From the NCBI GenBank assembly GCA_031370645.1, contig JANMQV010000076.1, forward strand, positions 1 to 40,814: a stretch of DNA of 40,814 bases. The letters run 5' to 3'. Made by a program: the position numbers and the translations under genes. Positions 8,416 to 17,994 of the stretch are shown here, piece after piece. The notes under the pieces were generated by a model, which was not told the origin of the DNA, made no database searches, and saw only the letters and a list, made by a program, of their open reading frames with translations. This DNA is from Candidatus Eiseniibacteriota bacterium (GTDB lineage: Bacteria; Eisenbacteria; RBG-16-71-46; SZUA-252). Positions within the stretch are counted from its first letter, which is position 1. Every line of letters starts with the position of its first letter.

Positions 8416-10542
8416 ATGAGCAAGACTTTCGGCACGCTACTCGGATTCGTGGCGCTCTGTGGAGCCCTGATCGGCGCTCCTGAATTGGCGAACGCGCGCC
8501 AGATGTCCTTCGAGCTGACCTCTTCTGTGGCGGGCACCAACTTACCCTTCACAGTGGGGCAAGCGTTCCGGCAAGGGGACGTCCCCTCGGGGAGTGGCGT
8601 CGTCGGGAATCTCAGCACGCTCCAGGTTGTCGCGAAAAACGTTTGGCCGGACGGATCGCTCAAGTTCGCGATCGTCTCGGGGCGGGCGACCTTGGTCGCG
8701 AATGTCCCCTCATTGATTTCGCTCAACGTCGGGAATCCGGGAACGAACACGGACCTCACGACCACGAATCTTCGCGCCACCAACGTCACCGCGTCCATCA
8801 GCGCCGGCACGTTCGGCTCCGCGACGTGGTCGGGAGCGGACTTCGACGCGCCCTTCATCTCCTGGGTGAGCGGTCCCCAGATGAGTTCCTGGATCTATCG
8901 AAAGCCGATCGGAAGCGATCCGCATCTCGTCGGCTGGCTCGAAGTGCGCCTCTACGCCGGCGGCGCCGTCGAGGTGCTGCCGTGGGTTGAAAATGGATAC
9001 CTTCTGGTGGCGAATCCCACCGACAAGAATGCTACCTACATCTTCACGCTCGGTGGAGCGCAGCGCTTCAGTCAGAGCATCGATCTCTTGAATCATCAGC
9101 GCATGGTCCTTGCCAGCGCCTCGACGCTGTCGCACTGGCTTGGGTCGGATCCGCAGATCGTTCCTCAGCACGACGTCGCCTATCTTCAGGCAACCCGGCT
9201 CGTGCCGACCTATGCCGGCGCGACCTCGAGCTCGAGTTCACTCTGGTCGCGCGTCTCGCAGTCGTATTCGCCGCTCGCTCAAGCCGACTATCCGACCTCG
9301 ATGGGAGCGACCGGCTACCACGGCTCGATCGGTCCGCTCCCCGAATGGGACGTGGCGTTCTTGACGAGCCAGGCGGACCCGCGGGCTTACCGCGGCGTCA
9401 TTGTCAACGCGTACAGTGCCGGCCGATACGGCATCCATTTCCGGGACGAGACGACGAATCGGCCTCCGCGCTTCTCTTCGTATCCCAACTTGGTTCTGGG
9501 CGGAAACACGGGGGTCACCGACATCGGCGCCAGCCAAGCCGGTTCGTATACTCCCGCCGCGACCGGCGCGACGCCGCCCACCTGGAAAACGTCTCACCAT
9601 CCCTCCGTCGGCTACATGGCTTACCTCCTGACCGGTCGCTTCTACTTCATGGAGGAGACGGAGTTCTCGGCCACGATCGGTTTCCTGAAAAACAACGACG
9701 GCGGCCCCTACGCGAGCCGGCAGGGTTCGAAGGGGATCCTTCGCTCCGACGCGGGGGCGAACACGACGCGTGGCGCCGCTTGGTCGCTCCGCACGCTCAT
9801 TCAGGCTGCGACCACCACGCCGGACAGCGATCCGTTGCACGCGCAATACGTGACCTCTTTCGAGGAGAACGTGAACTTCTACCACGGGCTCTTCATCGCG
9901 ACCGCGAACAACAACCCGCAGGGAGTCTGCGCGCCTTACTCCGACTACACGACCAGTCCGCCGTACATGCATTCCATTTGGATGGAGGACTTCCTCACCT
10001 TCGCCTTCGGGTACGGGAAGGATCTCGTCGCGCTTTCATCGACGGGCGCGTCCAAGTTGAACGCGTTCCTGGCCTGGAAATTCCAGAGCGTGGTCGGGCG
10101 ATTCGGTGGGGGAGGCTCCAGCGAATTCTGCTATCGCGATGCCGCGCAGTACACGATGGCGGTCTCGCCGGTGGACGGCACCAATTTTGACGGTACCGAC
10201 CCCGCCAGTTCCTGGTATGCGACGTGGGGCGACATCTATGTGGCGACGCTGGGCCATGCGAACGACTGCAATGCGGGGGGGAACCTGCGAGGTACTTCGG
10301 GCGCGGACCCGGTTTCGTTCGACGGCTATTGGGGCAACCTGCGTCCCGCGCTCTCGTACGCCGTCGATCAGGGCGCCGCGGGCGCCGCCGCCGCATACGC
10401 AAGACTGACGGGCGCCTCGAACTACGCGACCGGCGCGGCTACCTTGAACGACCTTCCGGTGTGGGGCGTCCGGCCGCGCACGACCGGCGCGTCGGGGGAT
10501 AACGTCCCGCCCAACCCTCCGGGAAATCTCCAGGCGCGATAG
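8416..10542 (+). CDS. Large secreted hypothetical protein, possibly related to PcRGLX/YetA-like proteins
   Basis: Signal peptide MSKTFGTLLGFVALCGALIGAPELANA. The N-terminal PFTVGQAFRQGDVP..WPDGSLKFA resembles the PcRGLX/YetA-type beta domain (recalled, unverified). Aromatic-rich helical region with RGAAWSLRTL. Start moved from 8353 to the ATG at 8416 after GAGGG. Confidence 0.85.
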   Translation: MSKTFGTLLGFVALCGALIGAPELANARQMSFELTSSVAGTNLPFTVGQAFRQGDVPSGSGVVGNLSTLQVVAKNVWPDGSLKFAIVSGRATLVANVPSLISLNVGNPGTNTDLTTTNLRATNVTASISAGTFGSATWSGADFDAPFISWVSGPQMSSWIYRKPIGSDPHLVGWLEVRLYAGGAVEVLPWVENGYLLVANPTDKNATYIFTLGGAQRFSQSIDLLNHQRMVLASASTLSHWLGSDPQIVPQHDVAYLQATRLVPTYAGATSSSSSLWSRVSQSYSPLAQADYPTSMGATGYHGSIGPLPEWDVAFLTSQADPRAYRGVIVNAYSAGRYGIHFRDETTNRPPRFSSYPNLVLGGNTGVTDIGASQAGSYTPAATGATPPTWKTSHHPSVGYMAYLLTGRFYFMEETEFSATIGFLKNNDGGPYASRQGSKGILRSDAGANTTRGAAWSLRTLIQAATTTPDSDPLHAQYVTSFEENVNFYHGLFIATANNNPQGVCAPYSDYTTSPPYMHSIWMEDFLTFAFGYGKDLVALSSTGASKLNAFLAWKFQSVVGRFGGGGSSEFCYRDAAQYTMAVSPVDGTNFDGTDPASSWYATWGDIYVATLGHANDCNAGGNLRGTSGADPVSFDGYWGNLRPALSYAVDQGAAGAAAAYARLTGASNYATGAATLNDLPVWGVRPRTTGASGDNVPPNPPGNLQAR

Positions 10543-10547
10543 TCACT

Positions 10548-12977
10548 TCAGGCGTCGAACCCAAGTTTCTTCATGAGGGCGCCCCACCGCGGATCGCCGT
10601 GGAGCGGTCGAAACGTCCGCTCCGACTTCGCCTGGGCCACCCCCGCGTCGTGCTCCTGGAACGCTCGCTCGAGCCATGCGAACGCTGCGTCTCGTTCCCC
10701 CCTCGTCGAACGGATCGCGGCGATCTGATAGGCGGAATCGACGGCGTGCTTCGCTTCGAGATCGTGGAGCGCTTCATCCGATTCCTTCATCCGCCCACCC
10801 TTGAAGTGCACGTACGCGAGGGACGTGAGGCGCGCCCAATCCGCCGGCTCCCGACTGGCTTCGGCGAGCGCCTCTTCATTTCGCCCCTGGTCGGCGAGAA
10901 TGATTCCGAGGACGTGCCGGGCGCCGACTCGTTGCGGCGTGAGTTCGATCACCTTTCGGAAGGCGCGTTCGGCGTCGGAAAAGCGATCCATCGAACGGTA
11001 GAGCAGCCCCAGCCCGCTGTACCCCGCCATGCTCAGCGGGTCCTGTTCCACGGCTCGGAGGAGTAGCGATTCCGCCTCCTCGAAGCGGCCGAGCATGTGG
11101 GCCAGAGCACCGGCCGAACCGAGCACCACCGCGTTTCCGGGCGACAGGTGTAGCGCGCGGCGGGCCGAAACTTCGGCGCCCTTCCAGTCCCAATCGTGCA
11201 ACCGCTGAATGTTGGATAGCCGCACGTGAGCTTCGGCGAGGTCAGGGGCCAGCTCCAGGGCGCGCGTCACGGCGTGGCGAGCGTTTCGATATCCCTCCAT
11301 GACCGGCAGCCAGCCGTAGCCGCCAGAATTAGAGTACGCCTTGGCGAGTTCGGCCCACGCCGCGGCATGCGAGGGATCGAGCGCCAGCGCCTCCTTGAGG
11401 TAGCCGATCCCCTTGTTCGTGTCCTCCTCCGAAATTCGATCGACGAAATACTTTCCCTGCAGATAGAGGCGATGCGCCTCTGGATTGTCTCCGTGCCCCC
11501 TCGCCGCGATGGCGACTTCCGCTTTCGCCAATCCGCTCGCGTCCGAATCGGGCGTCGCTCCGAGCAGGGTCGCGCGGAGTTCTTTCACCACCGACTGGGC
11601 GATGTCGTCTTGGACGGCAAAGATGTCGTCGAGCGAGCGGTCGTAGGTCTCGGACCAGAGTTGCTGGCGGTCCGCGGCTTTCACCAATTGTACCGAGATG
11701 CGGACCCGGTTTCCCGACTTCCGTACGCTTCCGTCAAGGAGCGTCGCCACGTTCAATTTCTGCCCGATCACGGCGAGGTCCTCGTTCGTTCCCTTGAATT
11801 GGAAGGAAGAAGCGCGCGCTACGACTCGGAGTCCGCGGATCTTGGTCAGCACGTTGAGCAGTTCGTCGGCAAGCCCGTCGGAGAAGTACTCGTCCTCCTC
11901 GCCGCGGCTCCGATTCACGAACGGGAGCACGGCGACGGAGGGAACCTCTCGCGGTGATGCCGCCGACGAACCGGAGACCGGCGCCGACGTGCTCGCGGGT
12001 GCGGGAGTCGCGAACATCGCCGGCGTGAACGGCGTCGGTGGAGCAGGCATCGGGTATGCCCCCGGCATCGGCGCCAGAGGGGGAGTCGGTGCTGGCGTGG
12101 CGAGCCCGCGTTCGGTCTCTCGTTTCACGTACCGAAGTTCGTTGTATACGTCGCGCGCCGTCTGTACACGATCACGGGGATTCTTTTCCAAGCAGCGCAC
12201 GATGATCCGGTCGAGATCGCGGGGGAGATCGCCGCGGAGACTCAAAACCGGAACCGGCACGTCCCGGAGAATCGCCGAACTTACGTCCGCCGACGTGGTG
12301 CCGGTGAAGGGCCGCCGCCCGGTCGAAAGTTCGTAAAGGATGATCCCGAGCGCGAAGAGATCCGACCGCGCATCGACCGTTTCGCCCCGAATCTGTTCCG
12401 GGGCCATGTAGGGCACCGTTCCGAGAACCTGTCCCGCGCCCGAAATGGGTGCCTGCGCCGTGACCGCGATGGTCGCGCCTTGGGCGGGGGCCTCTTCGGC
12501 GGCAATCTTCGCGAGGCCGAAATCAAGCACCTTGACCCAACCGTCGTGCGTGACCATGACGTTGCTCGGCTTCAGGTCGCGATGAACCACGCCGCGTTCG
12601 TGCGCGGCGACAAGCGCGTTGGCAAGCGGCATGGCGAGTTCGAGAACGCGCGAGAGCGGAAGCCCGCCGGGGGTGACGATACGGTCGAGACTCATCCCTT
12701 CGACGAGTTCCATCGTCAGGAAGCGAACGCCATCCTCGTCTTCCACCGAGAAGAGCGTGACGATGTTCGGATGCTTGAGTCCCGCGACGGTCCGCGCCTC
12801 GCGTTCGAAGCGAGCCAGGCGATCCGGAGAAGCAGCCACCGCCTCGGGGAGGACCTTGATCGCCACTTCGCGGCCGAGACGCGTGTCGCGACCGCGATAC
12901 ACCTCGCCCATTCCCCCCGCGCCGAGGGGCGAGAGGATCTCGTAGGTGCCGAGTCGAGTTCCGGGGGAAAGAGGCAT
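10548..12977 (-). CDS. Hanks-type Ser/Thr kinase, Pro-rich linker, TolB-N/FlgO-like domain, TPR repeats (no obvious TM segment)
   Basis: GAGGMGEVY, VAIKVL, HRDLKPSN, DFG and YMAPE; VAVLPFVNRS..YFSDGLADE; C-terminal TPRs. Confidence 0.95.
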   Translation of the reverse strand: MPLSPGTRLGTYEILSPLGAGGMGEVYRGRDTRLGREVAIKVLPEAVAASPDRLARFEREARTVAGLKHPNIVTLFSVEDEDGVRFLTMELVEGMSLDRIVTPGGLPLSRVLELAMPLANALVAAHERGVVHRDLKPSNVMVTHDGWVKVLDFGLAKIAAEEAPAQGATIAVTAQAPISGAGQVLGTVPYMAPEQIRGETVDARSDLFALGIILYELSTGRRPFTGTTSADVSSAILRDVPVPVLSLRGDLPRDLDRIIVRCLEKNPRDRVQTARDVYNELRYVKRETERGLATPAPTPPLAPMPGAYPMPAPPTPFTPAMFATPAPASTSAPVSGSSAASPREVPSVAVLPFVNRSRGEEDEYFSDGLADELLNVLTKIRGLRVVARASSFQFKGTNEDLAVIGQKLNVATLLDGSVRKSGNRVRISVQLVKAADRQQLWSETYDRSLDDIFAVQDDIAQSVVKELRATLLGATPDSDASGLAKAEVAIAARGHGDNPEAHRLYLQGKYFVDRISEEDTNKGIGYLKEALALDPSHAAAWAELAKAYSNSGGYGWLPVMEGYRNARHAVTRALELAPDLAEAHVRLSNIQRLHDWDWKGAEVSARRALHLSPGNAVVLGSAGALAHMLGRFEEAESLLLRAVEQDPLSMAGYSGLGLLYRSMDRFSDAERAFRKVIELTPQRVGARHVLGIILADQGRNEEALAEASREPADWARLTSLAYVHFKGGRMKESDEALHDLEAKHAVDSAYQIAAIRSTRGERDAAFAWLERAFQEHDAGVAQAKSERTFRPLHGDPRWGALMKKLGFDA

Positions 12978-13024
12978 GGGGAACGAGTCTACCGGCCCTG
13001 CGACTCCCTGTCAGCAGTCTTGGG

Positions 13025-13591
13025 CTAGGGGGAACTCAGTTTGAACGACTCCCGCGCGTAGCCGTTGGCCTCGACGATCGCGAAGACCCTGTCCAGCGCC
13101 TCCGCGGAGAGGGTGGGCGTGCGAGCGAGGATCCAACCGTACTTCCGATCGGGGGTGCCGACGACGGCCCAGCGGTACTCGGCGTCCAGTCCGATCACCC
13201 AGTAATCGCCCCAAAACGGTCTCCATCCGAGAAAACTGACGAAACTCACCTTGAGCTTCGCATCGGTCGCGGAGTCGACGACCTTGGCGACTCCTTTTAC
13301 GCGATCCTGGCTTCCGTCTTCCTTGAAGCATCGGTTCAGAACGGTGATGCGACCGTCCTCGCTCAGCGTGTATTCGGCGGACGTGCCGCGCGCGCACCGT
13401 TTCTGAAAGCGATTCGGAATCTTGGCGATCTCATACCAGCGCCCGGCATAGCGTTCGAGGTCGACGTAGTTCACCGCGGTGACGCGTGGTTTCATGGAAT
13501 CATCGGAGGCCCACGCCAACGTCGGCGCCGAGAGGGCCGAGAGACAGAGAATGAGCGCGACGATCCCGACGACACGCACGGTCAAGTTCAT
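13025..13591 (-). CDS. blc: Lipocalin family protein (Blc-like)
   Basis: VDLERYAGRWYEIAKIP (GxW motif), YWVIGLDAEY and WILARTP; N-terminal signal peptide. Confidence 0.92.
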   Translation of the reverse strand: MNLTVRVVGIVALILCLSALSAPTLAWASDDSMKPRVTAVNYVDLERYAGRWYEIAKIPNRFQKRCARGTSAEYTLSEDGRITVLNRCFKEDGSQDRVKGVAKVVDSATDAKLKVSFVSFLGWRPFWGDYWVIGLDAEYRWAVVGTPDRKYGWILARTPTLSAEALDRVFAIVEANGYARESFKLSSP

Positions 13592-14169
13592 GATGTTCTC
13601 CCGAGAAGTCGCGCTTTGAATTTTGCACCCAGCGACGGCTTCGGGCCCAGGGCGAGCGCGAAGTAGGCATCCGCGAAACCCTTGCCTTTGATCGTTCCCA
13701 CCGACTTCCCATTGATCTCGACGACGGATCCGCTGGCCGGCTGGTAGGTCAGGGTGATTTCATCGCCGCGATGGAAATCGCGCATCCAGGCGCAGAGAGT
13801 CCGAAACTGCGCACGCACTTCATCGCTCGCATCGGGTGAGTTCTCCTCGAGTCCCTTCGTCCAGGCGGAGCAGATCCGCTTGGCGCCGACGCTTCGAAGG
13901 AAATGTGACACATACCGGCGCGGCGAATCGGCGCGGAGAATCTTCACGGGATCGCTCTCGGCCCCGCTCACGTAGAGGCCGGCGACCAGGACCGGAAATC
14001 CGAACTTTCGGTAGAGAGACATCCCGCGGAGTCTGACGACCCCTCGCTCGACCCGGACCGAGTCCGGCATTTCGACGCCCGCGACAGTCCCCGCACGGGC
14101 GGGTGTCGCGAGGAGCAGGGGAGCGAGCAGGAGCCCTGCCGAGATCGAGAATGGAATGCATCGCTTCAT
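13588..14169 (-). CDS. Chalcone-isomerase-like exported protein
   Basis: Signal peptide MKRCIPFSISAGLLLAPLLLATPARA, then TVAGVEMPDSV, VAGLYV and INGKSVGTIKGKGFADAYFALALGPKP. The stop overlaps the lipocalin ATG (ATGA). Start revised from 14325. Confidence 0.85.
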   Translation of the reverse strand: MKRCIPFSISAGLLLAPLLLATPARAGTVAGVEMPDSVRVERGVVRLRGMSLYRKFGFPVLVAGLYVSGAESDPVKILRADSPRRYVSHFLRSVGAKRICSAWTKGLEENSPDASDEVRAQFRTLCAWMRDFHRGDEITLTYQPASGSVVEINGKSVGTIKGKGFADAYFALALGPKPSLGAKFKARLLGRTS

Positions 14170-14286
14170 GAATATCAACGATAGACGTACCAGCAACTTA
14201 CTGACACCGAAATTGACGTTACGCGTCGGGCCATTCGGCGATTGGTAGCGTACGGACCGGAGTAGTCGTCCCGTATACTTCGAGCC

Positions 14287-16302
14287 ATGATCGGTGCTCC
14301 TCGCCAAAACAAGAAGCCCCGCCACGGTGTGCGGAACGCTCCCGGCTCCCCGGAACGGTGGATCGCCATGCTGCCCGCGCTCCTCGTGGTCGTTTTAAAC
14401 CTGCCGAGCCTCCTCCTCGGATACTTCTGGGACGACTTCTACTTTCTCACGTTCAAGGGGAGCGGCGACGTCTGGGCGAACTTGCTTCCCGATGCGCACG
14501 CCGCCTTCTATCGGCCGATCCCGCTCGGCATCTACTTCAAATTCCTCCGTTTCGTGGATCCCGCGAATGGCATTCTCGGCCACGTCGTGAACCTGGCGGC
14601 GCTCCTCGGCGTCGTCGCGCTGCTCGTCTCCCTCGTCACTCGACTCTGCGGTCCTCGCGCGGGGCTTTTCTCGGGGATCGTCTTCGCCCTCTATAGCCAG
14701 GTGCCGAGCCTCGTCGCGTGGGTCAGTTGCAGCCAAGATCTCTTCGCCATCCTCTTCGTGGTCGCGGCGTTTCTCCTTCGGCACCGGGGGAAAAACGTCG
14801 CGGCTCTCGCCTGCGCGACGGCGGGTCTGCTGTGCAAGGAGCCGGCGCTGGCGGCGTTTCCGGTGCTCTTGTTCTGGGATCGTCTTGTGGGACGGGAGGC
14901 CGTCCGCCCGCGTTTCACGTTTCTCGGGTATGGAGCGGTCGCACTCGGCTGGGCGCTGATCCACCCTGGAATTCATCTCCTGGCGGGAAGCGGTTTCAAA
15001 AGCGGCGCGACGGGATACGTGGGGATCGAGCATCCCGAGCGCTGGGGCCTCTACTTCGGGCGCTACCTCATGACCCTGATCAATCTGCCTCCTTCGGGAC
15101 TGTCGACGCCCTGGTGGGTGGAGCGCGCGGGGTACGGCGTCGCGGGGCTGGCGATCGTGGTGGGCGGATTGTGGAGTTTGGATGGGAGGCGGAAGGCCGG
15201 CGTGCCCGACGGCTCTCTCTCTCTCGTCCGTGTCGGCTGGATCACGGCCCTCTTCGTGATCCCCGGTCTGCTCATGCCGACGATCTTGGTCAGGCATTGG
15301 ACGCCCTACTTCGCCTGCCTGCCGGCGCTCGGCGTCGCGATGTTTCTCGGTCCGGTGCTGGCGAAGCAGGGAAGGCTCGTCGCGATCGCCGCACTGGCGG
15401 CGTTCTCACTCCTCGGCATCTGGTCCCGCGGAAGCCGCGCGGAGCGGGAGTGGGTGCTGAGCGAACGCGCCATGGTCGAGGCAGCAAGCGCGGTGCGGAC
15501 GGTGCGCGCGAACGTGAAGAGTCTCGTTCCGAAGTTCCCTCCCGGCGGCCAGGTGGTCCTGTCGTTCGGTACGAGAGGGATTCGGGGGATTCAGAGCGCG
15601 CTCATCGACGGCCAGGCCCTAAGCCTCTGGTATCGAGACCCCACGCTCCGGACGGTCACGACGGCCGAGCGACGTTCGGGCGAGGGCACGGAGTCGTTCC
15701 TCCGCGTGACGAACGACCTCGACGTTATCGCGCTTGATCTCAAACCGTTCGGCGTGCGCTCCACTAGGCCTGGGCCACCCGACCTTGCGGAAATCGATCA
15801 GCCCCTGAACAATTTCGCGCGCGCGCTGGCGGCCGGTGGGGAAACGGAGCGCGCCGTGCATATCATGGAGGGACTGACCCTCATGGAGTCGGGCGACTTG
15901 GTCCTCTACAACCGCCGCCTGATCGCGAGCATGTTCCTGGCGGCGGGACGGCGCGCGGAGGCCGAATCTCTTCTCGCGATCACGGCGCCGTTCCCGAAGG
16001 AAGTGGCGCAACAATTGGTGACGCGCCTCCTCGCGGACGCGAGCGCCAGCGAAGAACTCGACACGGCGGCGTTCGAAGCCTTCGGCCTTGCGGCGTCCGA
16101 CCCCGCGACGCTCCGGGGAATCACGCGGAGCCTTCAGCAATCCGGAGCGCTGGCGCAAGCGGCGTGGTTTGCGGAGAAACTGGAGAACGTCGCGCCGGGA
16201 GACGAGAGCGCCGCGGAGGTTCGGAAGATCGCCGCCGATCGGGGAGTCGCGCCCCGGAGAGAGCCGCCGAGACGCCTCGCCTCGCCGCACGCGAACGGCT
16301 AG
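14287..16302 (+). CDS. Polytopic GT-C-fold glycosyltransferase-like membrane protein with a helical C-terminal domain
   Basis: YFWDDFYF after TM1, FYRPI, VAWVS..QDL and LLCKE; many hydrophobic segments. The true start may be downstream, up to the ATG at 14368. Confidence 0.8.
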   Translation: MIGAPRQNKKPRHGVRNAPGSPERWIAMLPALLVVVLNLPSLLLGYFWDDFYFLTFKGSGDVWANLLPDAHAAFYRPIPLGIYFKFLRFVDPANGILGHVVNLAALLGVVALLVSLVTRLCGPRAGLFSGIVFALYSQVPSLVAWVSCSQDLFAILFVVAAFLLRHRGKNVAALACATAGLLCKEPALAAFPVLLFWDRLVGREAVRPRFTFLGYGAVALGWALIHPGIHLLAGSGFKSGATGYVGIEHPERWGLYFGRYLMTLINLPPSGLSTPWWVERAGYGVAGLAIVVGGLWSLDGRRKAGVPDGSLSLVRVGWITALFVIPGLLMPTILVRHWTPYFACLPALGVAMFLGPVLAKQGRLVAIAALAAFSLLGIWSRGSRAEREWVLSERAMVEAASAVRTVRANVKSLVPKFPPGGQVVLSFGTRGIRGIQSALIDGQALSLWYRDPTLRTVTTAERRSGEGTESFLRVTNDLDVIALDLKPFGVRSTRPGPPDLAEIDQPLNNFARALAAGGETERAVHIMEGLTLMESGDLVLYNRRLIASMFLAAGRRAEAESLLAITAPFPKEVAQQLVTRLLADASASEELDTAAFEAFGLAASDPATLRGITRSLQQSGALAQAAWFAEKLENVAPGDESAAEVRKIAADRGVAPRREPPRRLASPHANG

Positions 16303-16317
16303 GCGCCCACCCGCCGG

Positions 16318-17859
16318 TTAGAACTCGTAGAGATACCGCTGCGACGGCGACGGATCACCCGGACCGAGACGCACGTAAACAGTCATGCGGTCGCTCGCGC
16401 AGATGGTGTTCTTCTTCAATTGGATCCCCGCCAAGAGTTCGTACCGGTGCGTCGAGTCCGCGTCGAAGAACATGAAGTTGTCCGTCTTGGGATCGGGCAC
16501 GGCGTAATCCTTGAACCACGTGACGAAGACCGCGAGGAGCCGGGGCCGGTAATGGGCGAGGTTCTCCGTCAATTTCCTCTGGGGGGAGATGAGTCCCATC
16601 AGATCGACGACGTAGCGTTCGCTGAAATAGGCGATCGCTCCGATGTCGTTCGTCGCCACGATGTCGCCCGGGGCGGTGGCGAGTTTGATGAAGTTCCCGA
16701 GCAGACGTTGCATCTTGTTGATGTTCTGAACATTCCACGCATAGCTCTCGGCCTCCCGCGGCACGTAACTCGCTTGCCACAGGAAGCAGGCGATCGCAGC
16801 CGTCGCCGCGACGGCCGTGGCGCGGCGTCCCCACCGGCGAGCGACGAAGTCGATGGCGATGGTCGAGAGAATCATGGCGAAGGGGATGACATAGAGGATG
16901 TAGCGCTTGTGAGATGCGCTGTGTTCGCGGAACAAGGAGAGCGCGAGCGGAAATCCGATCGCGTAGGCCGCGAGGATCGGCCAGCGCCGAATGGCGACGA
17001 CCGCGCCGATCAGAAGGAGCACGAGGAAGATGATCGGCTCCTCGAGACGGTCGGTGACGCGATAGGGTACGCCCCAAAGCGCGCCCCACTCTCTCATCAT
17101 GTTTCCCGTTCGCCCGACGAGATTGATGCCGAAGTGCGCCTTCGCTCCGACCGTCTGGGGCATCCAATGTCCCCCGATCAGATAGTTGAATCCGAAGTAC
17201 GCGCCGAGAATGGGAAGCGCGATGGCCGCGCGGCGAAGAACGTCGCGTGGCATGGCGATGAGTCCGAGCGCCACGAGAAAGATTCCGTCCGGCCGCGCCC
17301 AGACACCGATACTCCAGAAGAGTACCGCCAGGCCCGGCTTCGCGCGCACGTAGAAGGCGAGTCCGACGCTGACGAGCAGGAGGTAGAGCGGAATCTCCAT
17401 GCCGGAGAGCATCCCCCAGAGAAGCGAGGGGGACGTGACGACCAGGAGCGCGGCGACGAGCGAGAGGAAGCGCCGGCCCGGAAGGAGTGCAAGGACCGTG
17501 GCGTAGATCGCGACGCCCGCGCCGATCTGGCAGGCGATCCCGAAGACCTTGGCGCTCCAGACGACCTCGTGGAACAGCATGTAGAAGAGCGCGATGAAGA
17601 ACGTGTAAAGCGGTCCCGTCGCGCCCGCCACCGGCTCTCCGGGATTGAACGCGAAACCGTGCCCCGTGGCGAGATTTCGCGCCATCACCGCATAGATCCA
17701 GGAGTCGTCGAGCGCGAAGCCCCACTCTTCGGCGATCCGCTTCTCCTGCGTCAAGAAAAGCCACGCCGCGGCGATCGTGAAGGCCGCGATCACGACGGCG
17801 ACGTTCGGAAGCGTCCAGAGGTTGGCGCGCGGCGGGGCTTCCTTCTTCTTACCGGGCAT
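16318..17859 (-). CDS. GT-C-fold membrane glycosyltransferase (AftB/ArnT-like)
   Basis: LDDSWIYAVMARNLATGHGFAFNPGEPVAGATGPLY, SGMEIPL, ARPDG, PQTVGAK and DIGAIAYFS..VDLMGLI. Confidence 0.85.
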   Translation of the reverse strand: MPGKKKEAPPRANLWTLPNVAVVIAAFTIAAAWLFLTQEKRIAEEWGFALDDSWIYAVMARNLATGHGFAFNPGEPVAGATGPLYTFFIALFYMLFHEVVWSAKVFGIACQIGAGVAIYATVLALLPGRRFLSLVAALLVVTSPSLLWGMLSGMEIPLYLLLVSVGLAFYVRAKPGLAVLFWSIGVWARPDGIFLVALGLIAMPRDVLRRAAIALPILGAYFGFNYLIGGHWMPQTVGAKAHFGINLVGRTGNMMREWGALWGVPYRVTDRLEEPIIFLVLLLIGAVVAIRRWPILAAYAIGFPLALSLFREHSASHKRYILYVIPFAMILSTIAIDFVARRWGRRATAVAATAAIACFLWQASYVPREAESYAWNVQNINKMQRLLGNFIKLATAPGDIVATNDIGAIAYFSERYVVDLMGLISPQRKLTENLAHYRPRLLAVFVTWFKDYAVPDPKTDNFMFFDADSTHRYELLAGIQLKKNTICASDRMTVYVRLGPGDPSPSQRYLYEF

Positions 17860-17994
17860 GGGACCCTTTCGGATCGGGCGGTACGACGAATGAGGTCGGT
17901 GCGAATCCTATCAGTACCGGTTTCGCTCCGCCACCGCGACGCCACGGGAGAAACCCGTTGACCCCGCGCGCACCGGCTCCCTAACGTCCCGCGC

